Positions 25,863 through 38,586 of a stretch of 64,000 bases of DNA are shown one piece after another. This DNA comes from Microthyrium microscopicum (Eukaryota). Each line of letters starts with the position of its first letter. The first letter of the stretch is position 1. The stretch is taken from contig MU004230.1 in assembly GCA_010405405.1 (NCBI GenBank), positions 468,627 to 532,626 of the forward strand. Direction: 5' to 3'. The position numbers and the translations under genes are program-made. Below the pieces are notes generated by a model that worked only from the letters and a program-made list of their open reading frames with translations, searched no databases and had not been told where the DNA came from.

Positions 25863-28800
25863 CTATTCATCATCTTCGTCATCGTCATCCACAACCAGTC
25901 GTCTTCTCTTGAAGACCGGTTGGGTCGGCTGTGTTCCACCATTGCGTTTCCTATGCGTGCTAAGCAGATCCTTGAGATCTGGCAAACTGCTATCCATATC
26001 ATCCATATCACGCACATCTGAGGTAAGCTTCTCTTGACCATCCGAGTCTCCACCGTCTTCATCGTCTGAAAATATATTGTGCAGTTTGCTGAGCCGAGCT
26101 TGAGTACCCATGGGCTGTTTCGTCCGACGGCTGATTCCGAGAGACGATGGCAGCTCGCTATCGCTGCTGTTTTCCATCTCCACCTCAACATCATCGTCAA
26201 CCACAAACTCGTCCATTGAAGAGTCTTCTGAGTCGAGCTGGCCTGGGCGGCTGGTAGGCGGCGGAGTATCTCGAGAACCAAGATCAATGTCCCCGTTGCG
26301 AAATGCGTAGGCTGGATCTGAAGGCGGTGGACTTGATGCATCGGCTTCCATAGCGGATGATACTCGCTGGAGAAGAGAACGGCGGCCTTTCGGTTTTGGA
26401 GCGGTCGTCGTCGTAGGCGTCTTAGCCTTAGTTTTGGCTTTCGCTTTCTGCGCTGGCGCATTGGTCTTGGAGGTTTTGCGAGCAGGGCCTTTGCCTTTGG
26501 ACGTCTGGACAGGTGGCTCAGGAAGACTGAGTTCAACGTCTTCATTAGAGACAACGAAGTCGACTTCCTTAGGATTGAAATCATCCATGTCGAGGTAAGG
26601 TTCATACTGTTCCTCGACAAACTCATCGAACCTAGAAATGCGATCCATCGTGGCCACATATGATTTCGTCGTCCTACTATGGCTGACGAACTCAGTCTTC
26701 GTGAGCTCTCTCTGATGTCCTGGGTATTTGTTCAGCTCTGGTGCAGACACAAATATATTATCTGAAACAGTATTCAAATAGCGATTCTCAAAGTCAATGG
26801 TTTGCATCTCGTTCAGCACGATGGTGTCGAGGTACGGGTTTGGTTCCGGCTCATCCTCGATAGTGGTAGTTGATTTCTTGGAAGATTTTCTGCTCACTGT
26901 AGAGTTATTGCTTTGTTTGCGACCACCAGCAAGTGCTCCTGCAGTGACAAACCCCGTTACCACTCCGTCCGGCATATGGAATTTCTTCTTCGTCTTGGAT
27001 TTACGTCCTCGTGTTACTTTAGGTAGCTCTCCAGAATTATGCTGACTGTTCTCTATAGGAATCTCAACTTCTCTTCGATCGACCTCCGGTTGTATCTCGC
27101 GAGGAAGTATTCGTCGAGACCGATCTTCGTGAAACATGAATTTGTCGCCATTAGCGATTTCCTTCTGCATTTGTTGATAAGAATCCTTGGCTTTCCCCCA
27201 GTCATTAACTTCTTTTCCTTCCATCTGCAACAGTACAACTCGTCCGGCCCGTTTTCGACCAGTTCGACCCATTCGTTGCAGCATTCGGAGGGGAGATGCC
27301 TTGGAATCGTAACAAACGATCAAGTCTACTTCTCCAATATCTAGACCTTCTTCTCCAATGGAAGTAGCAATGAGGACATTGTATATACCCTTCTTGAACT
27401 GATCGATAACTTCCAGTTGCCGCTTCTGGGACATTCCTTTGGAGTTCTTGCTAGTTGCTTGTCCGACAAAAACATGAGGTTTGATGAGTCCGCTGCTGCT
27501 GGCAAGACATTTCGATATCTCTTCTGCCGAGTCTCGAAATGAGGAAAACACCATGATACGTGTGTCTATTGTGGCGCCTGAATTTCCGCGGTTGGCCTGT
27601 TGCGAGTCTAGTAGATGATTGAGAATAACTTGGCGTAGATAATTCAGTTTTGGGTGTCCAATAAATTCTGTATCGCTGGTCCAGGTTTTCAGGAAATCCA
27701 TCATTTTCTTGAATGATTCACTCTTTACCAGCATATCTCTCCATTTAGCTTTCTTCTTATCGTCGCCTTCACTCTTGTTTTGGACATCTTGCCAGCTATG
27801 ATATGCTGCAGCCATCCCATGATATTTAAGTAGGTCCATGCCGTGTGCGACTGCTGCTAGACACGAGAATATGGACATGACCTTTCCCTTGAGTCCAAAG
27901 TGAGCGGTTCGGCCTGCAGGCGAAGACATCCAGGTTTGTAATGCTTTGGTACAGCCATATGGTGTCAAGGCTATCGGATCCCCGGAGTACATTGGATTGA
28001 TTCCTGCTACTTCCTTCAACAACGGCTTGACGGCCTGTGAGTAAAGATCCATCAGCTCTCTCATTTCCTCGGAATACGAGAATACTTCTTTTTGGAGATC
28101 TCGTTCGTGTACGTATTCGCGAATATCAATGGACTGATCTGTTCGAATTTCCACCCGAGATATGTCAAGACCATTGATGACTTCTTGAACTGATTCCACA
28201 TCTCCACCAGGAGTAGCAGTAAGAGCCAGAACGCGAAAACTTTGGTTGAAACGTCGAATAAATTTGACGACTTCCACGTAGGAATAGCTTCCTTTGGCTC
28301 GATGAGCCTCATCAACAACGAGAAGGACAATTTTCTTGGGATCGGCAATGCCTTTCGAGAGATCGGCCTGGAGGGTTTGAGGAGTCATGAAAAAGACTCG
28401 TTTCTTTTCCCATTCTTCCTCTCTGGCAGCAGGAGACACCTCCCCTGTAAGAACCGTTGTCTGAGAGTATGGTATTCCAGCAATATGAAAGCACGCGTCG
28501 ATCTGTTGTGCAACTAATGGCTTTGTAGGTGCAACGAAAACGATCTGCGAGTCTTGCGTCCAACGATACCAGTTCAGCATAATTGTGGCTGCAATGAATG
28601 TCTTTCCAAGACCGGTAGGAAGCGCAACCAGAGTGTTGTGAAACAATCCTCTTTGCACGATATTGAATTGATAGTCTCGGATCTTGCCCAAATTAGTCGG
28701 GTATACCCAAGTTTTCGCAGCTTCCAGATTAAGTTTATGATGAGTTGGTGGTTCTGCTTTGTTCGCCATTGGCCAATTGCGTCTCTGCGCAGTTGGTTCT

Positions 28801-29306
28801 GTTGCATCTGGCAAGCCTTCTCTACTAAATAGAGTGGTCTGTCGCAGGCCGTTGACTGGCGCTCTCAAAGCCGGCCGAGGAGCCATTATAATATGCATGG
28901 CAGTCTCGCGGTGTGGCGCCTGATGCGGAGAAGAAGTTCGAAAAACGTCTGAGGGTATATCGTCTATTTCCCCTTCGAAATCATACGGATCTCGCTCCTC
29001 CGAATCCGCCTTTCCTCCATTGGCTTCCAGTAAGGCCTCGTCATTGTCCGAGCTATTAGTTCGTAATTGATCTTCCGATGGACCAACGCGGGGACAGGAT
29101 GCCGTGGCTTTAAGTAGGTTCGCGGGATTATCATCTCGAGTATGTGACCTCGCGGGCTTGACAGGTCCGTTCAGACGGGGCCGCTTTGTTGGTCTGGGAG
29201 ATCGTTCAAAGTCGTCAGCATTGGTGGTTAGCCGCTCCTCGATCTGAGTGGCGGCCTGGATAAAAATGTCATCGTCGATATCGTCATCGCCAAAATCGTC
29301 AGACAT
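25863..29306 (-). CDS. MPH1: ATP-dependent DNA helicase Mph1/FANCM
   Basis: IRDYQFNIV, LPTGLGKT, APTKPLVAQQ, VVDEAHRA, ALTATPG, ATSIGEEGLDIGEVD, QRMGRTGRKR. Single long ORF. Confidence 0.96.
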   Translation of the reverse strand: MSDDFGDDDIDDDIFIQAATQIEERLTTNADDFERSPRPTKRPRLNGPVKPARSHTRDDNPANLLKATASCPRVGPSEDQLRTNSSDNDEALLEANGGKADSEERDPYDFEGEIDDIPSDVFRTSSPHQAPHRETAMHIIMAPRPALRAPVNGLRQTTLFSREGLPDATEPTAQRRNWPMANKAEPPTHHKLNLEAAKTWVYPTNLGKIRDYQFNIVQRGLFHNTLVALPTGLGKTFIAATIMLNWYRWTQDSQIVFVAPTKPLVAQQIDACFHIAGIPYSQTTVLTGEVSPAAREEEWEKKRVFFMTPQTLQADLSKGIADPKKIVLLVVDEAHRAKGSYSYVEVVKFIRRFNQSFRVLALTATPGGDVESVQEVINGLDISRVEIRTDQSIDIREYVHERDLQKEVFSYSEEMRELMDLYSQAVKPLLKEVAGINPMYSGDPIALTPYGCTKALQTWMSSPAGRTAHFGLKGKVMSIFSCLAAVAHGMDLLKYHGMAAAYHSWQDVQNKSEGDDKKKAKWRDMLVKSESFKKMMDFLKTWTSDTEFIGHPKLNYLRQVILNHLLDSQQANRGNSGATIDTRIMVFSSFRDSAEEISKCLASSSGLIKPHVFVGQATSKNSKGMSQKRQLEVIDQFKKGIYNVLIATSIGEEGLDIGEVDLIVCYDSKASPLRMLQRMGRTGRKRAGRVVLLQMEGKEVNDWGKAKDSYQQMQKEIANGDKFMFHEDRSRRILPREIQPEVDRREVEIPIENSQHNSGELPKVTRGRKSKTKKKFHMPDGVVTGFVTAGALAGGRKQSNNSTVSRKSSKKSTTTIEDEPEPNPYLDTIVLNEMQTIDFENRYLNTVSDNIFVSAPELNKYPGHQRELTKTEFVSHSRTTKSYVATMDRISRFDEFVEEQYEPYLDMDDFNPKEVDFVVSNEDVELSLPEPPVQTSKGKGPARKTSKTNAPAQKAKAKTKAKTPTTTTAPKPKGRRSLLQRVSSAMEADASSPPPSDPAYAFRNGDIDLGSRDTPPPTSRPGQLDSEDSSMDEFVVDDDVEVEMENSSDSELPSSLGISRRTKQPMGTQARLSKLHNIFSDDEDGGDSDGQEKLTSDVRDMDDMDSSLPDLKDLLSTHRKRNGGTQPTQPVFKRRRLVVDDDDEDDE

Positions 29307-29396
29307 GGCAATTTTGTCCCGAAAGTCGAGTTTGAGGATGTTGGCGAGTGGTGATGTTTTTATCCAAGCTACAGTAAGTTTGGAGTTGGCGACGTG

Positions 29397-32300
29397 TAGT
29401 GTTGTAATGAATAGCTGAATAATCCAATTCTGAATACGCCACTATTCTAAATAACGCCTTAGCATATTCTAAATACGTAGTGTAAATATATTTATAAATA
29501 TTATAATAGAAATATATAATTAATTATATTACTTAGCTAAAAAACGATAGAAATTAGTAGCTAGTTCTTTAATTAACTATCTACTATAGAATAAAGAAGC
29601 CTAAATAGCTAAGTAGCTTAAAAACTAAGCGGCTAATTAGCTAATAATTAAATATATAGAGCATTATTATTATTAGAAAAAGTAAAAAGATTAGAGTATG
29701 TAATAGTAGCTAAGTAGTAGTTAGCTATATAGTTATTAGCTATAAAAGTAATTTATTCCTAAACTTACTTACTAAATAGAATAGAACGAACCTAATCGTC
29801 TAATTAGCTAGTAAACTTATAGGCTATAGCCTTATCTTACTAAATATAATAGTAGTATATATTATCTTAGTAGCTAATAAGGACCTTATATTTAATAAAG
29901 CATTAATTATAGACTATTATAGAATAGATATAGTCTAATTCCTATAATATATTAGAAATTATTAGCTAAGGAGTAAATAAGATAAATAAATTAAACTTCT
30001 TAGCTAAAGATAGTAATAAGAAGGCCCTTAATATAAGAAGGACGCTAACTAAAGATATCTTATAGTCTAATAAAGCTAACTTAGATAAAGATATTCTAAT
30101 AAGGAATATTAGTAAACTAGCGTAAAATAGCTTAGATAGTTAGCTAAGCAGCTAATTAGCTAAATTAAAGTATATATTTATTAACTAACTTATATTAGTT
30201 AAGTAATAAGTATAATTTAAGAAAGCGCGCTAAATATTATCTTAGTTAAATTAGAGACGTTTAGTTAGTTATTAATAGTAACTAATAATAATAGTCTAAG
30301 TAGTATTAGTTAAGAAGTTAAGTTAGCTATAGTTAGTAATAATAGATAATAAAGAATTAGTTAAGTAACGTTAAGTAGCCGCGTAGATAAGGGTATAAGA
30401 AAGAACATTAAAAGGGTCTATAATAGTAGTTAATCTTTTATAGAGAGCCATATAGACAATTAAATAAGAGAAGTTAAAGTTATAGAATAAAAGGAGATAA
30501 AGCATTTTAGAATTTCTAAAAAGTTAAGGATTAGTAGGGTTAAATACTTAGACTATATTTCTTAGTAAAACTTAAATAATATTTAGCTAAAACTTATAAT
30601 ACTAAAATAACCTATCTTTTAATTATTCTATAAACGATTAGCTACTTATCTACTCTATAAATTCTACTCTTATTATTTACTTATCTAATAAGCTTAAAGA
30701 TAAAGCGTAACTTAAGCTCCTTAGCTAAATAGCTAATCCTAAAGCGTAAGTAATAATCGCATCGTGCTTACGTTAATTATTTAATTAGCTATTATTATGT
30801 TTACTTTCTCGTATTAGCTAATATTATTATTAATATTTACTACGCTAATATTATAATCTTAGATAATTAACTCTCTATAGATAAAAATTAAGAGACTTAA
30901 GATATTAAATATATTAGCTAATAAGCTAACGTAGTTAAGATGCGCTAGTTTAATAAACTTTCTTAGAAAGAGTTTAATAGCTAGTTTAGTACCTAAGAGT
31001 TACTTAACTTAGCCGCTTAGCTAACTTAAGAAGAAGAAGAAGAGATTAATTCTATAGATAATAAAGATAATAATTATAATAATAACAATAGTAACTAGTT
31101 AGCTAATTAGCTAATAGAGGAGGACCTTATATTTATTTAAGTATACTTAAATAATAACTTATTAGCTAAGGAGCTTATTAAGGACGATAATAAAGAAAAG
31201 ATAAGCAATAAAGATTTTATTATAGGCTTAAATAATAAAAAGGAAAAGGATATAAAAGAGGAAGAGGGTAATAGTAATAATAAGAAGGATCTCTAGTTAT
31301 TGTTAGCTAATAATAATAAGCAGTTTAAAATAATAGATATTAAGTTAGGTAACTTAGTATAGCTAGTATTAGCTAAAGATTATTCTATAATAAATTTAGA
31401 ATAATAACTCTTTTAAAATTCTTTTTATTCTAAACTACTTAGCTTATTTAATTATCTAATCGTAGCTTTTTATAAGATTACTTAACTTATAAAACCTTAT
31501 CTTTAAAATAATTTTACTAATATTCTTATTCTTATATAAAACGTTAATATACTTTAAGCTAAGGTATATATTCTTTCTTAACTTAATATTTATTCTTATT
31601 TTTAATCTATAAATAAAAGTCTTTATCCTACTATTAAACTAGACTTAAAAAGAAAGGATTCTCTATTAGCTAACTACTATTATCTTCTATAATCTTTCTA
31701 ATCTTATAAAAGAACTTTTAGGCTTTCTCTTTATTATTTAAAATATAAAGAAGTATTATCTAAAGATACTCTTTATATTCTTAACTCTAATTACTAAGCT
31801 ATTCTAAATTATTATTATATAGTAGCTTTAGCTAAAGTAATAGCTAAGTTTATAAAAGAAGAGGGCTCTTAAATTATATAAGGGTAGAAGTAATAAGTTA
31901 ATCTTCTTTACGTAGTTTTATAAAAGGTATTATTATAACTTATAAATAATAGATTTTTAGCTAATTAGTAGAATAAAAGCTATAGCCTAGTAAAGATATT
32001 AGTTCTCTTTATTATTTAGTTATATAGAAATATACTTAATAAAGCTATATCCTTCGTATAAGTATAAACTAGCTTAATCTATTTAAGATTTAGTAGATAA
32101 TAAAGTAGGTAATAAATATAAAGACTACTAAAAAGCTTATTATAGTTTTGCTTAAGGGTAAGTAGTATTATATAAGGATAAGGATTTGCTTATAACTTAA
32201 TAGTAGGAACTCTAGAAAATATTATTAGCTAAGAAGTAGAATAAATAAAGGAAAGTTATATTTATTATAAGATCTAAAGGTTAAAGATTAAGAGAATATA

Positions 32301-34678
32301 ATTTTATACTAAGGAAATAAAGCTATAAATATAGCTACTATAGCCTTATATCTTAGCCTTATACTTATTCTCTTTCTTAGCTAATCGTCTAGCTATCTTT
32401 TATTAATACTAATATTTTAATCCTTCTAAAGCTTTAATAATATCTTTTATAAGTCTAGCTCTACTTTAAGTAATTATTTAATAAGATATTAAGAATACTT
32501 ACTTTAGTTTTGTACTTATAGTAGGAATTATAAATAAGCTAATTATAAGCTTTGAAAGTATTAGCTATTATATTTAAATATAATTTTATAGCTACTATTA
32601 TAATATAGTAGTTAGTAACTTACTAAATTCTGCTATAGGTAGCTCTTTAAGATATATATTTAACTTATTATTAGTTAATATTATTAAAAAACTAGATCCT
32701 AAGAATGCTTAGTTTTAATCTATTATAGTTTGCTTTCCTTATTTCCTCTTCTCTATATAACGAAGCGCTTATTTAAAAATTATTATTATTTAAGTACTTA
32801 GACTAATATCTTTCTTCTATTTAGTCTAGATTAGCTAAATCTTCTTAACTTATATATTTATAGATTAGCGTTAAAACCTACTAAGATTTTAAAGATAAGT
32901 CGTTTAATATCCTAAATAGAGAAGAGTTATAAAAATATAAAGAGGATATATCTAAATAATATTTTACTACTTATTCTATATATCTATATAAGTATTAATA
33001 CGCTATAATATATCCTTTTTATAAATAGTAAGTTATTTCTAATAAAGTTAGATTATATAATTAGCTAATAATAAGAAGTAAAAATAAACCTTTTTAGATA
33101 TATGCTTATTCTTCTAAGTATTAATTAATATCTTTAAAGCTTATAAAGAGGGAATTATAATTAAGATATTATAATTATAGCCTTTATTTTAAAGTATAAG
33201 TTCTTAAAAGATCTCTAAGAATTTTAGAATAATTTAAAGAAAGTCTTATTTATTAAGATTAAGCTAGTTATTTAATAAGTCTAGCTATTTCTTAATATAA
33301 AAATTAATACTAGATTTTAATCATAAAGCATAGAAGATTATAAGATACTAGCTATTTTATCTTATTTAATTACTTAAAGGAATTATTCTACTAGTATTCT
33401 TAATAAATATTTTCTATCTCTTAGATAAGGCTTAAATATAAATAATAATATTATAAACCTTCTCTATAATACTTATAGATTAGAATTATTCTACTTATAT
33501 TTAAAGTATTTTAAGGATTAGTTCTTTATAATCTAAAGAAGTATCTTATTTATTATATATAGCTAGTTCCTCTACTATTATTCTAGTAAATAAGAAACCT
33601 TCTATAATTAGATTTAAGATATACCTAAAATATCTTATATGTTAAACTATAAGATTCTAAGCAATAGGGATTAGCTAAGTAGCTAACTAAGTATAAACTA
33701 TTATATAAAGAGTATTATTAGTAATAGTATTATCTTCTATAATATAGCCTAGTTAAGAGGAAATCTAATAAGTGTCTAAGATTAGCTAAAGAGCTATAAA
33801 TTAATTTTAACTACTATAGCTAGCAATATATTAAAGACTTAATAAAGCTTATTCTTAATAGTTTTTTTAGACAAAGTAAGCTATAATACTAAGAAGTAGA
33901 TAATTATTTAGTAATGTCTAAATATCTAAAGTAAGATATATAAAAAATTAACTTTAGTATAAAGCTTTAGTTATTTTAGCTTAAGCTAGTAGCTATTATA
34001 AAATAATATATAATTAGAAGGTTTAGTGATACCTAGGAAGGAACTCTATTATTTTTGGATTTAAAAGAATTAGAAGATATTAAAATTTTAGAGATTTAAT
34101 AATAGAAATTAGTAGAGAATATTAAATAATAAATTAATAAATTACTTCTTAAATAATGTCTTTATTAAGCTTAGGCGGCTAAGATCTAATTATTTCTTAT
34201 TACTATTATTAGATAATCGTTAGTATAATATTTATATTAATCTAATAAGCTAACTTAAGATATAGTTAAAGATTTATAGTAATAAAATAAGAGTAACTAT
34301 AATTTAGAGCTTTATAATATTATAATCTATAATCTCCCCTTAGAGTCTTTACTAGTTTATTAGAATTTATATATTAGAAGTATATAATAAAGTTCCTTAT
34401 TTAATCTTAAGTAGCTTCTTTATCTTAGATTAAAAGATTAGAAAAAGAGATATTACTAAGGTCTATTTTGACTTTAAAGAGGGTCTTATATATAATAAAA
34501 GTAATAATATTTAAGTAAGTAGTATAGGCTAATTAGCTAATAGAGAGTATTAAAACTATATAGATAATTTATTAGCGTATTTACTACTAATATTTATTAG
34601 TATTTAGAATACGCTACTATTTAGCGCTATTCCCTATTCATTTATATTCAGAATACTATTCAATTCATTACAACACTG
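29397..34678. mobile_element. 5.3-kb RIP-degenerated DNA transposon with short TIRs and an 8-bp (possibly 9-10-bp) target duplication; superfamily uncertain
   Basis: Abrupt AT-rich, TpA-saturated block with no ORFs. Left end tAGTGTTGTAATGAAT, right end ATTCATTACAACACTg. GCGACGTG is duplicated at 29389-29396 and 34679-34686. Subterminal ATTCTGAATA / TATTCAGAAT motifs. Confidence 0.9.
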
Positions 34679-35482
34679 GCGACGTGACGCGCTGGAGACA
34701 GGCGCGTCATTACGTGACTCTTTTCAGTTATGCTCAAATGTTTGTATAATTTCTCTTTGCTACCTAGAGGCTAGTACCTGGTGGTAGAATAACGAATATT
34801 ATATCCTTGTAATGCTATAGCTTCTTCTCCAATTCTACACCCTTGAGAATAAACTACCGACTTGAAAAGCAAAGAGAAATCGACCAAGCATCCATTACGT
34901 TTCTGGAGCCTTTAACCTCCAAGTCTGAGCTGAAACACCAACATCCATTCCCAATCCGTCAAGTGATCTTTGAATCTGGCGGATTTATGGTTGGCGAGAT
35001 GGTGCATGGCTCACTATATGGACAGCGCAGAGACATATGCACTTCCGTTGTCCCAAGATCTTCTTGCGAAGCTGTGAGTTAGAGCACTTAGAGCGTGAGC
35101 GTAAATGGTCGCAAACGGGGTTATCCATGAATATTGGAGCCGCCAAAAGTTCCAATCCGCTTGGCCTGCGGAGGTATTTCGAGCGTCCGTGATTCAATTC
35201 CAAAGGTTGTTTTCGAAGTCGATTTCGCTAGCGTGCCGTGATCTGGGTGGCTTTAAAGATTATCTGGGGAAGCAGATCGTCTATCTTATGGGCGGCGCCA
35301 TAAATCGGACCCCTAATCTTTTCCTTCTCCTCTTACTACTCAACGTGACGACGTTCGCTCCTTCACTTCCGTCTAATATTCGTTTTTTTCACTGTCGTTT
35401 ATGATCTTTTCCAGTAAGAAGAATCCACACCCTGCTCGTCCTCTCACGTTCGCTGTCCAATTACGCCTAATACACCTCGATA

Positions 35483-36056
35483 ATGAAGTCCTACATCATC
35501 GCGATCGCAACCTTTGCGGCCGCCGTTGTCGCTCAAAGCACCTCCACCAACACCGCAGCGACAGCAACCATCAGCCAAAGCCCTCTACAGACATGTCTAG
35601 CCAAGTGTGCATCTACCGACGTCAACTGTCGAGCCACATGCGTTGGAGTGCCACACCCAGGTGATGCACAAGTGACCGAACCGACCAACTGCGTCGCCAA
35701 CTGCGATCAGGGAGACGGTTCTGCGGCGGCCACAGAGAAATATGCTGCTTGCCAAAATGCCTGCATCAGCAGCTATATCATCACCTCTGGGACTGCTGCT
35801 CCAGGCGGCGCGTATACTACCGCCGGTCAGGCTGCTGTCAGTAAGTCTGCTTTGGCCACCGGTTCTGGTGCTTCTGCTGCTGCCAGCGCAAACTCTTGTA
35901 AGATTCCATGCTCTTTACTCGGGGCAAATTAGCTAACACAAATTAGCTGCTTCTGCAAAGTCCTCAAGCGGCATGGCTGCTTCAACTGGTGCCGGTCGTA
36001 TTGGTGGTACTGTGGGCTCGCTCGGGCTCGTGTTTGCAGCTTTCGCTATGCTATAA
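35483..36056 (+). CDS. Secreted, probably GPI-anchored Cys/Ser/Ala-rich cell-surface protein
   Basis: Signal peptide MKSYIIAIATFAAAVVA, 8-Cys domain (CLAKC...CRATC...CVANC...CQNAC), intron 35898-35946, hydrophobic C-terminus GSLGLVFAAFAML*. Confidence 0.85.
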
Positions 36057-36246
36057 GCTTCATATTTCTGAAGGTGTAATCGGATTGCATTTGGCGGTTA
36101 AAAGCTTTCGAAAATCTGGCATCAGCGTCATATAATAAATAATGTAATTTTAGTATCACTTGCTCCAAGGTCGTATATTTGTTCTTTTCATATTATTTTT
36201 GCTGTATAGGCCGCAATCCATTACTGGAAATCATGTTGTGCTGGCT

Positions 36247-37294
36247 CTATTTGCTCATTCCGCTAATCATTTCCCGATGAGCAGCTTGGTCTCGATTTCT
36301 TTCGCTCAAAGGAGCAATGCCTATATATTGTTAGACTGAGCGACGTCTGTTGTAAAAACTTACTTCTTAAATCACCAACTACGTCTTTTGCTTTTCCGAA
36401 GTATACTTCTTCTGCAACGGATATCAGTATCACGGTCTTGTCTCGCCGACGAACACATACGCAAAAGATTCCTCATCTTGCCCTCCATGTCCTCGACCAG
36501 TTTGCCAACGTTTGCAACATGACTTGAATCATCTTCCACTGGCATATCCTGCTCGACCTGTCGAACCATGTTGCCACTCAAATCCATTCCACCCAGATTG
36601 TCACTCGAGCTTCCAAGGTTCAGTATGACGGTCGAGGTGAGTTTGTAATGGGCTCGTCGAGCTCGATCTTGTGCCTCGAACACATGGATGCTATCCCAGG
36701 AGCCAGACGACTTGGCTGATGGAGAAACAGCTGCGATTTTGTCAGCACCAGCGCAACAGCAAGAATCATAGCACTAACATTTCTTCAGCAGGACACACCC
36801 TGCAAAGCCATCATCGATATCCCAGAAGTATACACTCGATATACCTCCCTCGAAGTATCTACACCAGTCAGCATAGCTCCACATGCCCTTATGTAAGATG
36901 AACTGACAGCTCCCGGTATACATCAAATGCCTCATTCGCTTTGATCTCCATCTTGCGCACTTTCTCGCTAGGCATTACACTGTCCGTTTCGCCATCTTCT
37001 AGCGGCGGCTCGAACTCATTGCTCCACGGTGACCGCCAGCTGTCGCCGTCTCGGTTATAGTCGCAGCAGAGGAATTCACGACCTGTTTTGCGATCGCGCT
37101 TGACGGCAAGGGGCACGTCGACGGACTCGAGAAGGTCTTCGGTGAGGGAGGGTACGAGGTCGCAGAGCCGGGTGACGTTGACGGCGGTGTCCTTGGGATT
37201 GAGCCGCCGGAGCAGGTCGCTAGGTGGTTAGTTATGGCGGGCGTAGGAGGAAAGACAAGACCTACAGAGCGGCGTCAAATGGGTCGGTGGACAT
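36247..37294 (-). CDS. CAP2: F-actin capping protein beta subunit, multi-exon
   Basis: [26 protein letters not shown]-type motif, [67 protein letters not shown]. Confidence 0.95.
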
Positions 37295-37801
37295 GGTGGT
37301 GGACGGGAAAATGAATGAAGGGGAATTGGAATGTGTAGATGTCCCGCTTCCCTCAGAACTGATGGTGGGGACGAAGTCAGGGGTCCAAGCTTTGGCTTCA
37401 ACAACACCAACTACATCGCCAGATATGCTCTGCCTTCACATCTGCTTTCGCGCATACATCAATCAAACAAGAGATCGTTTAGTCATTTGCGCTAGATTTC
37501 ATCTACGAGGTTCTAACGCGATCAGCTGGGAACAATCAGAAACCAAGTCGATTGAGCTTGTCCCTGCTGCTTCTAGAGGTCCATTTATACCCCTTTATAT
37601 TGTCACACTACTTCCAGTAATCATCTCATCCATGTCCAATAAGCGTCAAATAAAACTCTCATCTTGATACTAACGCCACTATATAGCCCCCGGAGCTTGA
37701 GATTTCGAGTGCCTGCTCGCGTTTGGGCCATGCGGGCTTTGATTGCAACACATGGTCAAGCTGTCATCAGCAGTCGCTCTTGATGCAGTCAAATAGACCA
37801 A

Positions 37802-38586
37802 TCAAGTAAGCAACAATGCACCAGCCTGAGGATCATCCGAATTGAAAGGCACCGATGAAGTGATGGCCGCCTTCAAGAAGCAATTTACGCCAGTATAATG
37901 TGTCAAGTTGGCTCCCCACGTCAATCCAGAACATTGTGGTAAGGCTTTGGCGCTATTACGAGCTGCGCAGCTATCAATACAGTCAGTGAAGCTGTACTGT
38001 CTCGAGCTATCGATGTTGCCGGTAGTGGTTTTGAAGTCTGTCTTGCAAAGAAGGAGAAAGTTGTAGGTGGAAGATCCAGAGTTTGTGGAGTAACTGGTGC
38101 CATTTATGCGTGGACAGTCGAGAGCAAGAATGCCACTTGTTGGCCTAGGAGCACCGGAGCTTGACGAGGATGTACTTTCATGCGTCGTGGTGGTCGGGCT
38201 TGATGAAGTCGTGGATGATATCGTGGAAGTTGGGACGACATCTTTCTTCTTCTTTGCCTGTGTACCACCCACAGCGCCACCCACAACGGCTCCAACTACC
38301 AGTATTATTGCCACGGCTAGGAGTAATGCGATCCTGCTACTGAGGGCGAACCGAGCTTTTGGCTGAGCATTGTTCAGGTCGTTATATGGTTGGTAATGGT
38401 TGTCAACCTTGGCATCTGCTTGTTTTTCTTCTGTTTGGTAGAATCGCATGAGAAATCGCGCCCAAAAGATGGTTTTAGGATTTGTTACGAACCTACCAGA
38501 ACTTCTGGTGCCTGTTCCGGACGCGAAACAGGTTGTTGATTACTGACGACTTGCATGCCCTCGTGGCTAGGATATGCGTCAGCCAT
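37802..38586 (-). CDS. Single-pass membrane protein with Ser/Thr linker and C-terminal Cys-rich PAN/apple-like domain
   Basis: Proposed exon 1 MADAYPSHEGMQVV...APEVLV (ATG 38586; GTTCGT donor, CAG acceptor) joined to ORF 37802-38449. TM segment LLLAVAIILVVGAVVGGAVGG, then CPRING...C...DCIDSCA...CSGLTW...CFLK. Confidence 0.7.

Noticed and set aside
29397..34678. Reading the AT-rich block as an LTR retrotransposon, centromere or mitochondrial insertion
   Set aside because: No long terminal direct repeats. Defined TIRs, a target duplication and TpA saturation indicate a RIPed DNA element.
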